The notes below the pieces were generated by a model, which saw only the letters and a program-made list of their open reading frames with translations, was not told where the DNA came from and searched no databases. The position numbers and the translations under genes were made by a program. DNA of 30,831 nucleotides from Oscillospiraceae bacterium (GTDB taxonomy: Bacteria; Bacillota; Clostridia; Oscillospirales; Acutalibacteraceae): the NCBI GenBank assembly GCA_009779455.1, contig WREG01000001.1, positions 1 through 30,831 on the forward strand. The letters are read 5' to 3'. Below, piece after piece: positions 6,992 to 15,255 of the stretch (within the stretch, counting starts at the first letter, position 1; each line of letters opens with the position of its first letter).

Positions 6992-7564
6992 ATGAGAAAA
7001 ATAAACGAAAAAGAAATAGGCGCGGCGGCGGGATTGCTGGCGGTAGCTTTTATTGACGACCCCATGTTCTCCTATTTTTTCAAGAATAGGCGGACAAGAG
7101 CCGATAAAGCGTTTTATTATATGAAATACGAGCTTTTGCAGTGCATGAATTACACGTATATGGGGGATGAAAACGAATTTGTCGCCGTGTATAAAAAGCC
7201 GGGCGATAAAGACCGCCCCGTGCCTGTTTCTTATATGCTCAAAATGCCGTTCAGAGCGGGATTCGCGGGAATCATCAAATCTTTGCGTTACCCTGCTTTC
7301 GCAAACGGCTTGAAAAAAAAATATATGCCCCCCGGCGGCGGTTATTTAAAGCTTATCGCGGTAAAAGAGGAATTCCGGGGGCGCGGGATAGCGAAAAAAG
7401 CAGTCGCGGAGCTGTCGGGGAACAGTGAGGCATACCTTGAGACCCAAAACCCTATAAACGTTGAAATATACAAAAAAATGGGCTTTGTATTGCTTGAGGG
7501 AAAGGCTTTCGCGCCGGGAGTTACACATTTTTGCATGATAAAAAGTGGGAAAAGTGGGCAGTGA
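6992..7564 (+). CDS. GNAT family N-acetyltransferase
   Basis: AFIDDPMF, YLKLIAVKEEFRGRGIA (acetyl-CoA motif A), YLETQNPINVEIYKKMGF. Start at 6992 preferred over 6947. Confidence 0.85.
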   Translation: MRKINEKEIGAAAGLLAVAFIDDPMFSYFFKNRRTRADKAFYYMKYELLQCMNYTYMGDENEFVAVYKKPGDKDRPVPVSYMLKMPFRAGFAGIIKSLRYPAFANGLKKKYMPPGGGYLKLIAVKEEFRGRGIAKKAVAELSGNSEAYLETQNPINVEIYKKMGFVLLEGKAFAPGVTHFCMIKSGKSGQ

Positions 7565-7586
7565 GCAGAAAAAATAAAAAAACATA

Positions 7587-7615
7587 TTGCATAATGGAAA
7601 AATGTATGTTATACT
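7587..7615 (+). promoter_or_regulatory. Promoter for the 36-aa small protein
   Basis: TTGCAT (7587-7592), 17 nt, TATACT (7610-7615), with an extended TG. Confidence 0.6.
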
Positions 7616-7650
7616 GCTTCCATTATAGAAAAAAGGAGGCAAAAGCCCGC

Positions 7651-7761
7651 ATGAAAACGGTTTCGCAAAATTCAAATATGCAGGAAATGCGAGTTATTCT
7701 TGTCGCAATGCTTATGCTTTGCGCCGGGTTTTTGCTGTTATATTTGCAATCGAATTTATAA
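7651..7761 (+). CDS. Small single-pass membrane protein, 36 aa: MKTVSQNSNMQEMRVILVAMLMLCAGFLLLYLQSNL
   Basis: AAGGAGG SD at 7633-7639, own promoter upstream, terminator downstream, one hydrophobic stretch. Confidence 0.55.
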   Translation: MKTVSQNSNMQEMRVILVAMLMLCAGFLLLYLQSNL

Positions 7762-7782
7762 AAAATAAAAAGATGCAGAAAT

Positions 7783-7825
7783 AAACGGTTGAAAGCTGGC
7801 AGATAAAACGCTTTCAGCCGTTTTT
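7783..7825 (+). terminator. Intrinsic terminator
   Basis: AAACGGTTGAAAGC (7783-7796) / GCTTTCAGCCGTTT (7810-7823), followed by further Ts. Confidence 0.75.
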
Positions 7826-7842
7826 AATTTATCCCACAGCCC

Positions 7843-7868
7843 GTAGGGGAAGGCCTCGTGTCCTCCCG
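7843..7868 (+). repeat. GTAG-type REP-like palindrome (intergenic, imperfect)
   Basis: GTAG GGGAAGGC CTCGT GTCCTCCC G. Same architecture and the same CCGTAGGGGA...CCCG ends as the copy in iorA. Confidence 0.55.
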
Positions 7869-7904
7869 TGATGATATCTATAATTTAAAAAAAGGGGGAA
7901 ATAT

Positions 7905-8864
7905 ATGCAAAATTACGAAATCATAAAATTAAAGCCCGCGGATTTTCAAAAATGCTCAAACATCTGGAACATGGAAAACAGGCCCAGCCTTACAATGTCC
8001 CGCTATAACCAGCTTGTTTCAGGCAGCCGCGCCTCTTATGTCTACACCGTAAACGGCGAGTTCCTAGGCGAAGGCGCTATTGTGTTTGAAAATGACGACC
8101 CGGATTACACTATAACGGGGCGGCGTGTTAACCTTTCGTTTCTGGTTGTGAAGGAGGGGTATAGAAATCAGGGTATCGGCGGTATTCTAGTTGACTATAT
8201 TTTAAACAAGGCGGAAGAAATGGGATATAAAGAAATCAGCATCGGCGTTGACAAGAAAAACGCGGCAGCCCTGCATCTTTATCGGAAAAAAGGCTTCACG
8301 GAGGTTATATTTGACGGCGAGGACGAAGACGGGCCTTATTATAAACTGCTGAAAAGGCTGGGCAGCGTAACAATCCGCCTCGCCGCCCCCGCCGACGCGC
8401 CCGATATGGCGGAGGCGCATATGCGCTCGTGGGAGGTCGCCTATAAGGATATCATCCCCGAGAGCTATATCAGCGAAAAGGTCGCCACGCGCCCGGCGTT
8501 ATATAAACAAATCATTACCGACGAAAACAAGACAAATTATGTCATTCAAAAGGGCGGCAAAACAGCGGGCGTCATGAGTATCGCCCCGGATCAGGATGAC
8601 GATGCGGGCGAAAATTTTTACAGACTGCAAAGCCTATACCTCCACCCGGATTACTACCGTCAGGGTATCGGCACCAGGGCTGTAAACTTCGCCTTTGACA
8701 AAGCGCGCAGCCTTGGCAAAACGGCCATGACCGTCTGGGTTTTAGAGGAAAATATAAATTCTATTAAATTTTATGAAAAATGCGGATTTATCGCAGACGG
8801 CAAAACAAAAATATTAGAATGCGGCAAATCTCTTATCGCAATCAGAATGAGGAGGGACTTGTGA
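7905..8864 (+). CDS. Tandem (two-domain) GNAT acetyltransferase
   Basis: Two motif-A/B sets: VKEGYRNQGIG...AALHLYRKKGF and LHPDYYRQGIG...SIKFYEKCGF. Confidence 0.88.
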   Translation: MQNYEIIKLKPADFQKCSNIWNMENRPSLTMSRYNQLVSGSRASYVYTVNGEFLGEGAIVFENDDPDYTITGRRVNLSFLVVKEGYRNQGIGGILVDYILNKAEEMGYKEISIGVDKKNAAALHLYRKKGFTEVIFDGEDEDGPYYKLLKRLGSVTIRLAAPADAPDMAEAHMRSWEVAYKDIIPESYISEKVATRPALYKQIITDENKTNYVIQKGGKTAGVMSIAPDQDDDAGENFYRLQSLYLHPDYYRQGIGTRAVNFAFDKARSLGKTAMTVWVLEENINSIKFYEKCGFIADGKTKILECGKSLIAIRMRRDL

Positions 8865-9658
8865 CGGCAAGCAACAAAGAAAAAATATACGAAAGATACG
8901 GCGGCGGCTCCCCTGAGGACGGCCGCGAAAATTCCTCGCGCACCGCGTGGCTGGAATTCCATTATACAAAAAAAGCTTTAAGCGAATTTATTAAAAAAGA
9001 CAGCCGGGTTTTGGAAACCGGCTGTGCAACGGGTTACTACGCCATGCATTTCGCGGGCAAATGCAGAGAATACGTCGGAGTTGACCTTTTCCCGCCGCAT
9101 ATTAGGCTTTTCAATAAAAAGATAAAACAAAACAGGCTTAAAAATGTATCCTGCCGCGTGGGCGACGCGACTGATTTAAAAGGCATCGAAACGGGCGGCT
9201 TTGACGCTGTCTTTTGCTTGGGGCCGATGTACCACCTGCCGCCGGAGGAGCGCGAGCTTGTGTTCGCGGAATGCGGGCGCGTCTGCAAGCCCGGCGGGGT
9301 CACAGCCTTCGCCTATATAAACAAAATCGGGGTATACGCCGGGGCCTGCGTGCATGACGAATACAGGGAAATATATCCCAACCCGAAAACCGATAAAGCC
9401 GTGTTTGAATTGGGGACGGACGACGAAAGGCCGGGCTTGTTCTATTTCACAATGCCCGAGGAGATGGAGGAAGCCGCCGCACGGCACGGGCTTGCAAAAA
9501 TCCGCAATACGGGGCTGGACTTTTTTGTCACTATGAGCGTGGCCGACAAGATGGATGACGAAAAATTCGCGGTTTTCATGGAACTGGCGGATAAAATGGC
9601 CGAATACGAATCCTGTACGGGGATGAGCAATCATGCGCTATTGATTTGCAGAAAATAG
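8861..9658 (+). CDS. Class I SAM-dependent methyltransferase
   Basis: GTG start overlapping the upstream stop (GTGA) behind GGAGG. VLETGCATG motif I, VGDATDL, FDAVFCLGPMYHL. Confidence 0.85.
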   Translation: MTASNKEKIYERYGGGSPEDGRENSSRTAWLEFHYTKKALSEFIKKDSRVLETGCATGYYAMHFAGKCREYVGVDLFPPHIRLFNKKIKQNRLKNVSCRVGDATDLKGIETGGFDAVFCLGPMYHLPPEERELVFAECGRVCKPGGVTAFAYINKIGVYAGACVHDEYREIYPNPKTDKAVFELGTDDERPGLFYFTMPEEMEEAAARHGLAKIRNTGLDFFVTMSVADKMDDEKFAVFMELADKMAEYESCTGMSNHALLICRK

Positions 9659-9691
9659 ACTTCAAATTTTTTATAAAGGGGAATAGGCAAT

Positions 9692-10531
9692 ATGAAATTC
9701 ACACATTACGAGGCGGCGAAAGATTTTTCTGATGACGTGCTGGAGGTATTGAACCGGCACGAGATACAAAACAACCTGTTTTACGGCAATATCGGCGACG
9801 GCCCGAATAAATTCATGGCGAGCGTAAAAGACGGCGGCGGCAACGTGATTCTGACCGCGATACGCACGGCCCCGTACCCGATGGTTATGTATGAAACGGA
9901 TAATGTACGGAGCGATGAAGCCGTCAAATTTTTCGCCCGCGCCCTTGCGGAAAACAACATTGAAATTGATATTGTCATGGCGGAAAAAGAGCTTGCGAAG
10001 AATTTTTGCGATTATTATGGTAATTTGACGGGTGAAAAATATCACAACAACGAAAATCTTGTGCTTTACGTGCTTGAAAAGGTTAACAGGCTTGATTTAG
10101 CAAAAGGAGAGTTCCGCGTTGTTAATGAGCGGGATATGTTCTGGCTGCCGTACTGGTGCGCGGACTTCCAGCCCGCCTGCAATCTCGGCGAATTCAATCT
10201 TGATAAAGGGCTTGAGCAGGCGAATAAAATAATAGGGAACGGCAGTGCTTTTGTGTGGGAGGACGGCTTCCCCGTTTCCCTCGCGGCAAAAGTCAGAACC
10301 GTTTCAGACTGCGCCTTCATCGGCACGGTCTATACCCCGCCGAACCTGCGCGGCAGGGGATACAGCACCGCCTGCGTTTCGCGCCTGTCGCAAAAACTGC
10401 TTGGCGACGGCTTTAAATACTGCGCCTTATACGCCGACTGCGCCAACCCTTATTCAAACAGGATATATCAGAAGATCGGGTACAGGGAAGTTTTTTGGTA
10501 TGACCAGTATAAGCTTACGGGGGAGGAATAA
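9692..10531 (+). CDS. GNAT family acetyltransferase (C-terminal GNAT/FR47-like domain)
   Basis: IGTVYTPPNLRGRGYS, LYADCANPYSNRIYQKIGY. Confidence 0.85.
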   Translation: MKFTHYEAAKDFSDDVLEVLNRHEIQNNLFYGNIGDGPNKFMASVKDGGGNVILTAIRTAPYPMVMYETDNVRSDEAVKFFARALAENNIEIDIVMAEKELAKNFCDYYGNLTGEKYHNNENLVLYVLEKVNRLDLAKGEFRVVNERDMFWLPYWCADFQPACNLGEFNLDKGLEQANKIIGNGSAFVWEDGFPVSLAAKVRTVSDCAFIGTVYTPPNLRGRGYSTACVSRLSQKLLGDGFKYCALYADCANPYSNRIYQKIGYREVFWYDQYKLTGEE

Positions 10532-10533
10532 TA

Positions 10534-11130
10534 ATGCTGACGCACAAAGGAACCGTAACGCTGACAACAAAACGCCTGATTTTGCGCCGCCTTACAATTG
10601 ACGATGTCCCGGCAATGTTCAGGGATTACGCGACCGACGGCAAAATGACGAAATACCTGACATGGGAGCCGTATACGGACATGGAAAAACTGCGGGAATT
10701 TGTAGAAAAGCGCGTTGCCGATTATGAAAATATCATGTATTACCATTGGGCGGTCACAATGGGCGGCGAATTTATCGGGACAATAAATCTTCACGCTATA
10801 TTCGATGAAGCCGAACGTTGCGAGATGGGCTATTGCATAGGCTCAAAATGGTGGAACAAAGGCGTTATGACCGAAGCCGCTGCCGAGGTTATCCGCTTCG
10901 CTTTCGAGGAACTGAACGCCAACAAGGTAAGCGCTTCGCATGACACCCAAAACGCCGCGTCGGGCGCGGTCATGAGGAAAAACGGAATGAAACAGGAAGG
11001 GTTGTTGCGCGAGCATTCCATGAGAAAAGACGGCACGAGGGGGGATATGGCGTGTTACGCTATTTTAAGAAGCGAATGGGAGAAAATCAAGAATAAGAAA
11101 TATGAATATTTACCACTTCGGGAAAATTGA
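10534..11130 (+). CDS. RimJ/RimL-type GNAT acetyltransferase
   Basis: LTTKRLILRR, EMGYCIGSKWWNKGVMTEA, NAASGAVMRKNGMKQEG. Confidence 0.88.
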   Translation: MLTHKGTVTLTTKRLILRRLTIDDVPAMFRDYATDGKMTKYLTWEPYTDMEKLREFVEKRVADYENIMYYHWAVTMGGEFIGTINLHAIFDEAERCEMGYCIGSKWWNKGVMTEAAAEVIRFAFEELNANKVSASHDTQNAASGAVMRKNGMKQEGLLREHSMRKDGTRGDMACYAILRSEWEKIKNKKYEYLPLREN

Positions 11131-12001
11131 AAAGCCTCAGCGGGAATAGGCTGTTCCCAAGCCCTCGGCTTACTATCATTTTGTTGCAGAACGGTTCCTC
11201 TTCATATAATCCCGTATAATATTTCGGAAACAGCCCCTGCCCCGGGGCGGCAACCCCGCCGATAAACGGCAGTATGAACTGCCCGCCGTGGGCGTGGCCC
11301 GAAAGCATAAGGTCAAATTTATAATTTTTATAGGAATCCCCGCCGATAAGGGCGTAATGTTCCGGGTAATGGGATAAAACAATGTTGAACCCGCCCGTCT
11401 CGGACAGACGGCCGAGCAAGCCGCCGGAAGCCCGCAGGCTTTCGCCCGCTTCTTCTTCAAGCCCCAAAATATTCACTTTGTTCCCGTTGATATCGAAAGC
11501 CGCTGTTTCATTTGCCAATAAAATTATCCCTTTTTCGATGAGTTTGCCCGCGATCTCGTCCCTGCGCCCCGTATAGCCTTCATTATTGCCCAAAATGCAG
11601 GCCAGCGGCCATTCGCCGCTTAAAGATTCGATAAATTCGGCGGTCTCTTCAATATTTTTCGCGTTTTTATCAATAATATCGCCCGTTATAACGATAAGAT
11701 CGGGCGATTGTTCTTTAATGACATCATAAAGCCTGCGGCTGCCCTTGCCGAATTGCTTGCCGTGCAGGTCGGACAGATGGATAATGTTAAAAGGCGTTTC
11801 GATATGCGCCGATATGTTGACATCAGTGACCACAATATGATTGTTTTGATAATAAGCGAAAAAGATAAAAACTGCCGTTAAAATAAAAGCGCCGGCAATG
11901 AAAAACATCCGTTTATTTATCTTTTTTAAAGTCTTATTATCCTCGGTTTGCCAGTTGATATATTCTTTCAGCGCCCTTGGCGAAAAAATTGTATTATTCA
12001 T
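11087..12001 (-). CDS. Membrane-anchored calcineurin-like metallophosphoesterase (YkuE-like) with an N-terminal YoeB/Txe toxin fragment
   Basis: HLSDLH, TGDIID, GNNE, LSHYPE, SGHAHGGQ, VSRGLGNS motifs and a TM helix at about aa 32-51. Residues 1-30 (MNNTIFSPRALKEYINWQTEDNKTLKKINK) look like a YoeB/Txe N-terminus. Confidence 0.85.
   Translation of the reverse strand: MNNTIFSPRALKEYINWQTEDNKTLKKINKRMFFIAGAFILTAVFIFFAYYQNNHIVVTDVNISAHIETPFNIIHLSDLHGKQFGKGSRRLYDVIKEQSPDLIVITGDIIDKNAKNIEETAEFIESLSGEWPLACILGNNEGYTGRRDEIAGKLIEKGIILLANETAAFDINGNKVNILGLEEEAGESLRASGGLLGRLSETGGFNIVLSHYPEHYALIGGDSYKNYKFDLMLSGHAHGGQFILPFIGGVAAPGQGLFPKYYTGLYEEEPFCNKMIVSRGLGNSLFPLRLFNFPEVVNIHISYS
11912..12001 (-). pseudogene. 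Truncated YoeB/Txe-family toxin (first about 30 codons)
   Basis: Y..WQTEDxKTLKKIN pattern. Start overlaps the antitoxin stop (ATGAATAA), as in antitoxin-toxin operons. Confidence 0.72.
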
Positions 12002-12272
12002 TTTCCATCGCCTCCAGCTCTGCCATGGTTTTCACTATTACGTTTCCGGCATTTGCCTGAGCAATAGACTCTTCAAGGATTTTCATGTTGTATTCATTGA
12101 AATATTCGTCATACTTGTTTTTTGCCTTGATTTGAAACGGTATGGCCTGCTCCCGTATCGCCTGGCGGAAAAACACGTTAATAGCTCCGGATATGCTCAA
12201 CCCTAACAATGCAAACAGTGCTTCGGCGTCTCTTTTTACGTCATCTTCAATTCTAACGGTAATATTAGTCAT
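11994..12272 (-). CDS. RelB/DinJ family antitoxin, 92 aa
   Basis: MTNITVRIEDDVKRDAEALFALLGLSISGAINVFFRQAIREQAIPF (RHH signature). SD AAAGAGG. Start at 12272, not 12335. Confidence 0.88.
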   Translation of the reverse strand: MTNITVRIEDDVKRDAEALFALLGLSISGAINVFFRQAIREQAIPFQIKAKNKYDEYFNEYNMKILEESIAQANAGNVIVKTMAELEAMENE

Positions 12273-12303
12273 GATAAAAACCTCTTTGTTTATATTTGTA
12301 TTA

Positions 12304-12335
12304 ACATTATACGCTATTATAATGTGCTTTGCCAA
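12304..12335 (-). promoter_or_regulatory. TA promoter with palindromic operator
   Basis: TTGGCA (12335-12330), 18 nt, TATAAT (12311-12306). Inverted repeat ACATTATA (12304-12311), 6 nt, TATAATGT (12318-12325) overlaps the -10. Confidence 0.6.
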
Positions 12336-12364
12336 TACATTTATTCGTTTTTTAATATCTATTA

Positions 12365-12396
12365 ATAAATTCGGCGGTCTCTTCGATATTTCTCGC
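12365..12396. repeat. 32-bp direct repeat of an internal segment of the phosphoesterase gene (11631-11662)
   Basis: ataaattcggcggtctcttcgatatttctcgc versus ataaattcggcggtctcttcaatatttttcgc: 30/32 identical. Confidence 0.85.
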
Positions 12397-12516
12397 CTGT
12401 CTAAGTGTCATTCGGCGCAGGCGGGCTTTCGCCCTCCGAGGAGAATGGCAACGGCAGACGCAAAATAGGCCGCAAAGATACAATACTTTTAGTTGGGGGT
12501 TGGTATGGGTTTAAAT

Positions 12517-12551
12517 AAAGCTTCACCGCCCCTTGGGGGCAGTGAAGCTTT
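12517..12551 (-). terminator. Intrinsic terminator after the beta-helix gene
   Basis: AAAGCTTCAC-x-GCCCC / GGGGC-x-GTGAAGCTTT stem, with a G-U at the interrupted position on minus and TTTATTT following on minus. Confidence 0.75.
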
Positions 12552-12568
12552 CGTTCATAAAAGGGGGG

Positions 12569-13789
12569 TCATGACGTTATCATTTCCAAAACCCCGCTAA
12601 ATTTTAAGAATATTGCAAAAGGCTCTTTATGCGGGAAATTAAAACCGTTAAGGTCTCTGTCATCGACAAATTTGGCGCGCGCTCCGCTGTCTATGATTTC
12701 AACCAAAGTGCTGACTGTGGGGTTATATTGGACATCATAGTTTAAAAACTTTACGCTTGTGTCAAATACGCCGCTGTTAGTGATCGTATTGTTTTTAACG
12801 GTGACTTTATCGCCGTCATTTTTCGAGACGAATTTATAAACCGCTATACCGCGGTCGCAATTGTCAATCGTATTATTTTCGATGGTAATAACGCCGCCGT
12901 TATATACCTCGTAAATATGTATCGCGGAGCCTTTTATAATATCCGAACCGCTTGCCGGGATTGATACAATGTTTCTTATTGTATTGTCTGAAATAATAAT
13001 ATCGCCCTGGCCGCCCTCAATCCAAATAGAGCCGTTGACGGCAGAACCGTTTTGGATGGTATTCCCGCTTACGACCGCAGGGTTTCCGCCGTCGCTTATA
13101 TGGTTGCCTATACGAACGCCGTTGTCATATATGCCGTCTATATAATTCCCGGTAACTACGGGCGAAATGCAATTCCCGAGATCGACTGCGTCGTTTCCGC
13201 AGTCTAAAACGGTATTGTTCCTGACGACGATATTTTCCTTGGAAGTGCCGGTTGCGAATATGCCTTTTACGGATTTCCCGCTGCAATCAAGCGTAACGCC
13301 GTCTATCGTAACGTCGCTCCCGTCGATTATGATTGCGCGGGAACCTGCATAAGACCCGTCTAATTTGATAACGGAACCCGGTTTGCCGAGTATTGTTACA
13401 TCATGCGGAACGTTTATTACCGTATTAATAGGGTACTCGCCTGCCCCGATTATAACCGTCTCGCCCGGCAAGGCTGCTTCGATGATTTCCTTAAGGTTGT
13501 CGCCCGGGGTTACCACAACATCCGGTTCTTCCGGATCGGTCGTCGGCTCGGTCGGTTTCGGATCGGTTGGTTTGCCGTGCAAAATACGCAGGATAAAATC
13601 AAAAATCTTTTGAAGTATGTCATTAAAGAATTTTGAAATAGCCTCTATAATTGAGACGGCACCCCCGGAAGAAGAATCGCCCTCAACAACGGCGTCTTCC
13701 GTTTCCGCGGCAGTGACCGTTGAGAATGCCACGGAAACCAACGGCACAAGCATAATTGACGCGAGAATAATTGCTAAAATCTTTTTCAT
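12569..13789 (-). CDS. Secreted right-handed parallel beta-helix (pectin lyase-like fold) protein
   Basis: Signal peptide MKKILAIILASIMLVPLVSVA, amphipathic FFNDILQKIFDFILRIL segment, PT linker, repeated I(S/E)xNTIxN PbH1-like turns. Confidence 0.75.
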   Translation of the reverse strand: MKKILAIILASIMLVPLVSVAFSTVTAAETEDAVVEGDSSSGGAVSIIEAISKFFNDILQKIFDFILRILHGKPTDPKPTEPTTDPEEPDVVVTPGDNLKEIIEAALPGETVIIGAGEYPINTVINVPHDVTILGKPGSVIKLDGSYAGSRAIIIDGSDVTIDGVTLDCSGKSVKGIFATGTSKENIVVRNNTVLDCGNDAVDLGNCISPVVTGNYIDGIYDNGVRIGNHISDGGNPAVVSGNTIQNGSAVNGSIWIEGGQGDIIISDNTIRNIVSIPASGSDIIKGSAIHIYEVYNGGVITIENNTIDNCDRGIAVYKFVSKNDGDKVTVKNNTITNSGVFDTSVKFLNYDVQYNPTVSTLVEIIDSGARAKFVDDRDLNGFNFPHKEPFAIFLKFSGVLEMITS

Positions 13790-13870
13790 TGAAATTGCCT
13801 CCTTTGTTTTTGCGGCAAAAGCCGCGTATTTTTTTGGAAAAAACTTCCGCTTATAATTATAACCAAAAAT

Positions 13871-13899
13871 ATTTTAACATAAATTTTATTTATTGTCAA
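13871..13899 (-). promoter_or_regulatory. Sigma-A promoter of the beta-helix gene
   Basis: Minus strand TTGACA (13899-13894), 17 nt, TAAAAT (13876-13871), extended TG. Confidence 0.6.
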
Positions 13900-13938
13900 T
13901 ATTTTTATTCTTTTGTTAAAAAATGTTCACAGACTCAC

Positions 13939-13988
13939 AAACCCGGCGCAACACTCTGCGGGAAAAGTGTTGCGCCGGGCTTCTTTTG
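13939..13988. terminator. Terminator after paaK
   Basis: Perfect 14-bp stem CCCGGCGCAACACT (13942-13955) / AGTGTTGCGCCGGG (13966-13979). Confidence 0.75.
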
Positions 13989-14007
13989 AGGCAGTCCGGG
14001 AACAATA

Positions 14008-15240
14008 TTAATACCTGTTGTCAAACACCCTTGTGGATTTCTTTTCGCTCCGCGGCAGCTCGCCCATTCCCACGGGTTTCGCGGCCGGTTTTAACCCGAC
14101 CTTGGCCTTGAACGCGTCTTCCACCTTTTTTTCAAGGTTTTTATAGGAATCTTGCGGCAGGCCCGTCTCAAAAAACAGCGTCAGGATGTCCCTTCCGTTC
14201 AGATGGTCTATCATTATCTGGTATTCGCTGCTCACGCCGTCTATGCCCGCAAGAACCTCGTCCACAAGGCTGGGGTAGATTATCGCGCCCCTGACCTTGA
14301 CCATGTCGTCCGAACGGCCGATTATCCTGTCTATGCGGGGGTATTCGCTGCCGCAGGGGCAGCCGCCGGGAACAATCCGCGTCAGGTCGTGGGTCCTGTA
14401 GCGTATCAGCGGCGCGCCCTCTTTGCAGAACGTAGTCAGCACAAGCTCGCCGGATTCCCCGTCGGGTACGTTTTCTCCGGTTTTGGGGTCGATTATTTCA
14501 ATATAAAGATAGTCGTCCCAAATGTGCATACTTTCCTGTTCCATACAGTTGATGCCGATTCCCGGGCCGTAAATTTCGGTTAGGCCGTAAATATCGTAAA
14601 GCTCCACGCCCAGCTCGTCGGCGATGCGGCGGCGCATTTTCTCGCCCCAGCGCTCGGAGCCGATAACGCCTTTTTTAAGGCATATCTTATCCTTCACGCC
14701 GCGTTTTTCGATCTCCTCCGCGAGAAGCAGGGCGTAGGAGGACGTGGCGCAAAGCACGGTGGATTTTAAATCCGTCATCATCTTTATCTGCTTGTCCGTG
14801 TTGCCAGGCCCCATGGGTATTGTCATCGCGCTCATGCGTTCGGCCCCCAGCTGGAAGCCTATGCCGGCCGTCCACAGGCCGTAGCCGGGGGTTATGTGTA
14901 TTCTGTCAAGCTCCGTAATCCCCGCCGTTCTGTAGCAGCGCTCAAACATTACCGCCCAGTCGGTCACGTCTTTTTGGGTGTAAGGGATAATTACGGGAGT
15001 ACCCGTCGTGCCGGAAGACGAATGGATCCGGACGATTTTTTCGTCCGGCACGGCCTGCAGCCCCAGCGGATACGCCCCGCGCAGGTCCTCCTTGTCCGTA
15101 AAGGGCAGTTTTTCAAAATCCTCCCTTGTTTTTATGTCCCCGGGTTCAATGCCTTTAAAGAAATTTTTGTAAAAATCCCCTTTCAAGGCGTTGCCCATTG
15201 ATTTTTTGATTTTTTCAAGCCGGATTGCTGTCATCTCCAT
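14008..15240 (-). CDS. paaK: Phenylacetate-CoA ligase family (AMP-forming)
   Basis: HSSSGTTGTP, YGLTEIYGPG, LIRYRTHD, GRSDDMVKVRG. Confidence 0.92.
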   Translation of the reverse strand: MEMTAIRLEKIKKSMGNALKGDFYKNFFKGIEPGDIKTREDFEKLPFTDKEDLRGAYPLGLQAVPDEKIVRIHSSSGTTGTPVIIPYTQKDVTDWAVMFERCYRTAGITELDRIHITPGYGLWTAGIGFQLGAERMSAMTIPMGPGNTDKQIKMMTDLKSTVLCATSSYALLLAEEIEKRGVKDKICLKKGVIGSERWGEKMRRRIADELGVELYDIYGLTEIYGPGIGINCMEQESMHIWDDYLYIEIIDPKTGENVPDGESGELVLTTFCKEGAPLIRYRTHDLTRIVPGGCPCGSEYPRIDRIIGRSDDMVKVRGAIIYPSLVDEVLAGIDGVSSEYQIMIDHLNGRDILTLFFETGLPQDSYKNLEKKVEDAFKAKVGLKPAAKPVGMGELPRSEKKSTRVFDNRY

Positions 15241-15255
15241 TTTTTTGTTGTCCTT

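Noticed and set aside
6992-11130. Integron or gene-cassette array
   Set aside because: No attC-like repeated palindromes between genes and no integrase in the window.
11087-11130. 44-nt convergent overlap of the RimJ-type GNAT and the phosphoesterase as antisense regulation
   Set aside because: Short 3' overlaps are common and easily explained by stop-codon loss. There is no supporting structure.
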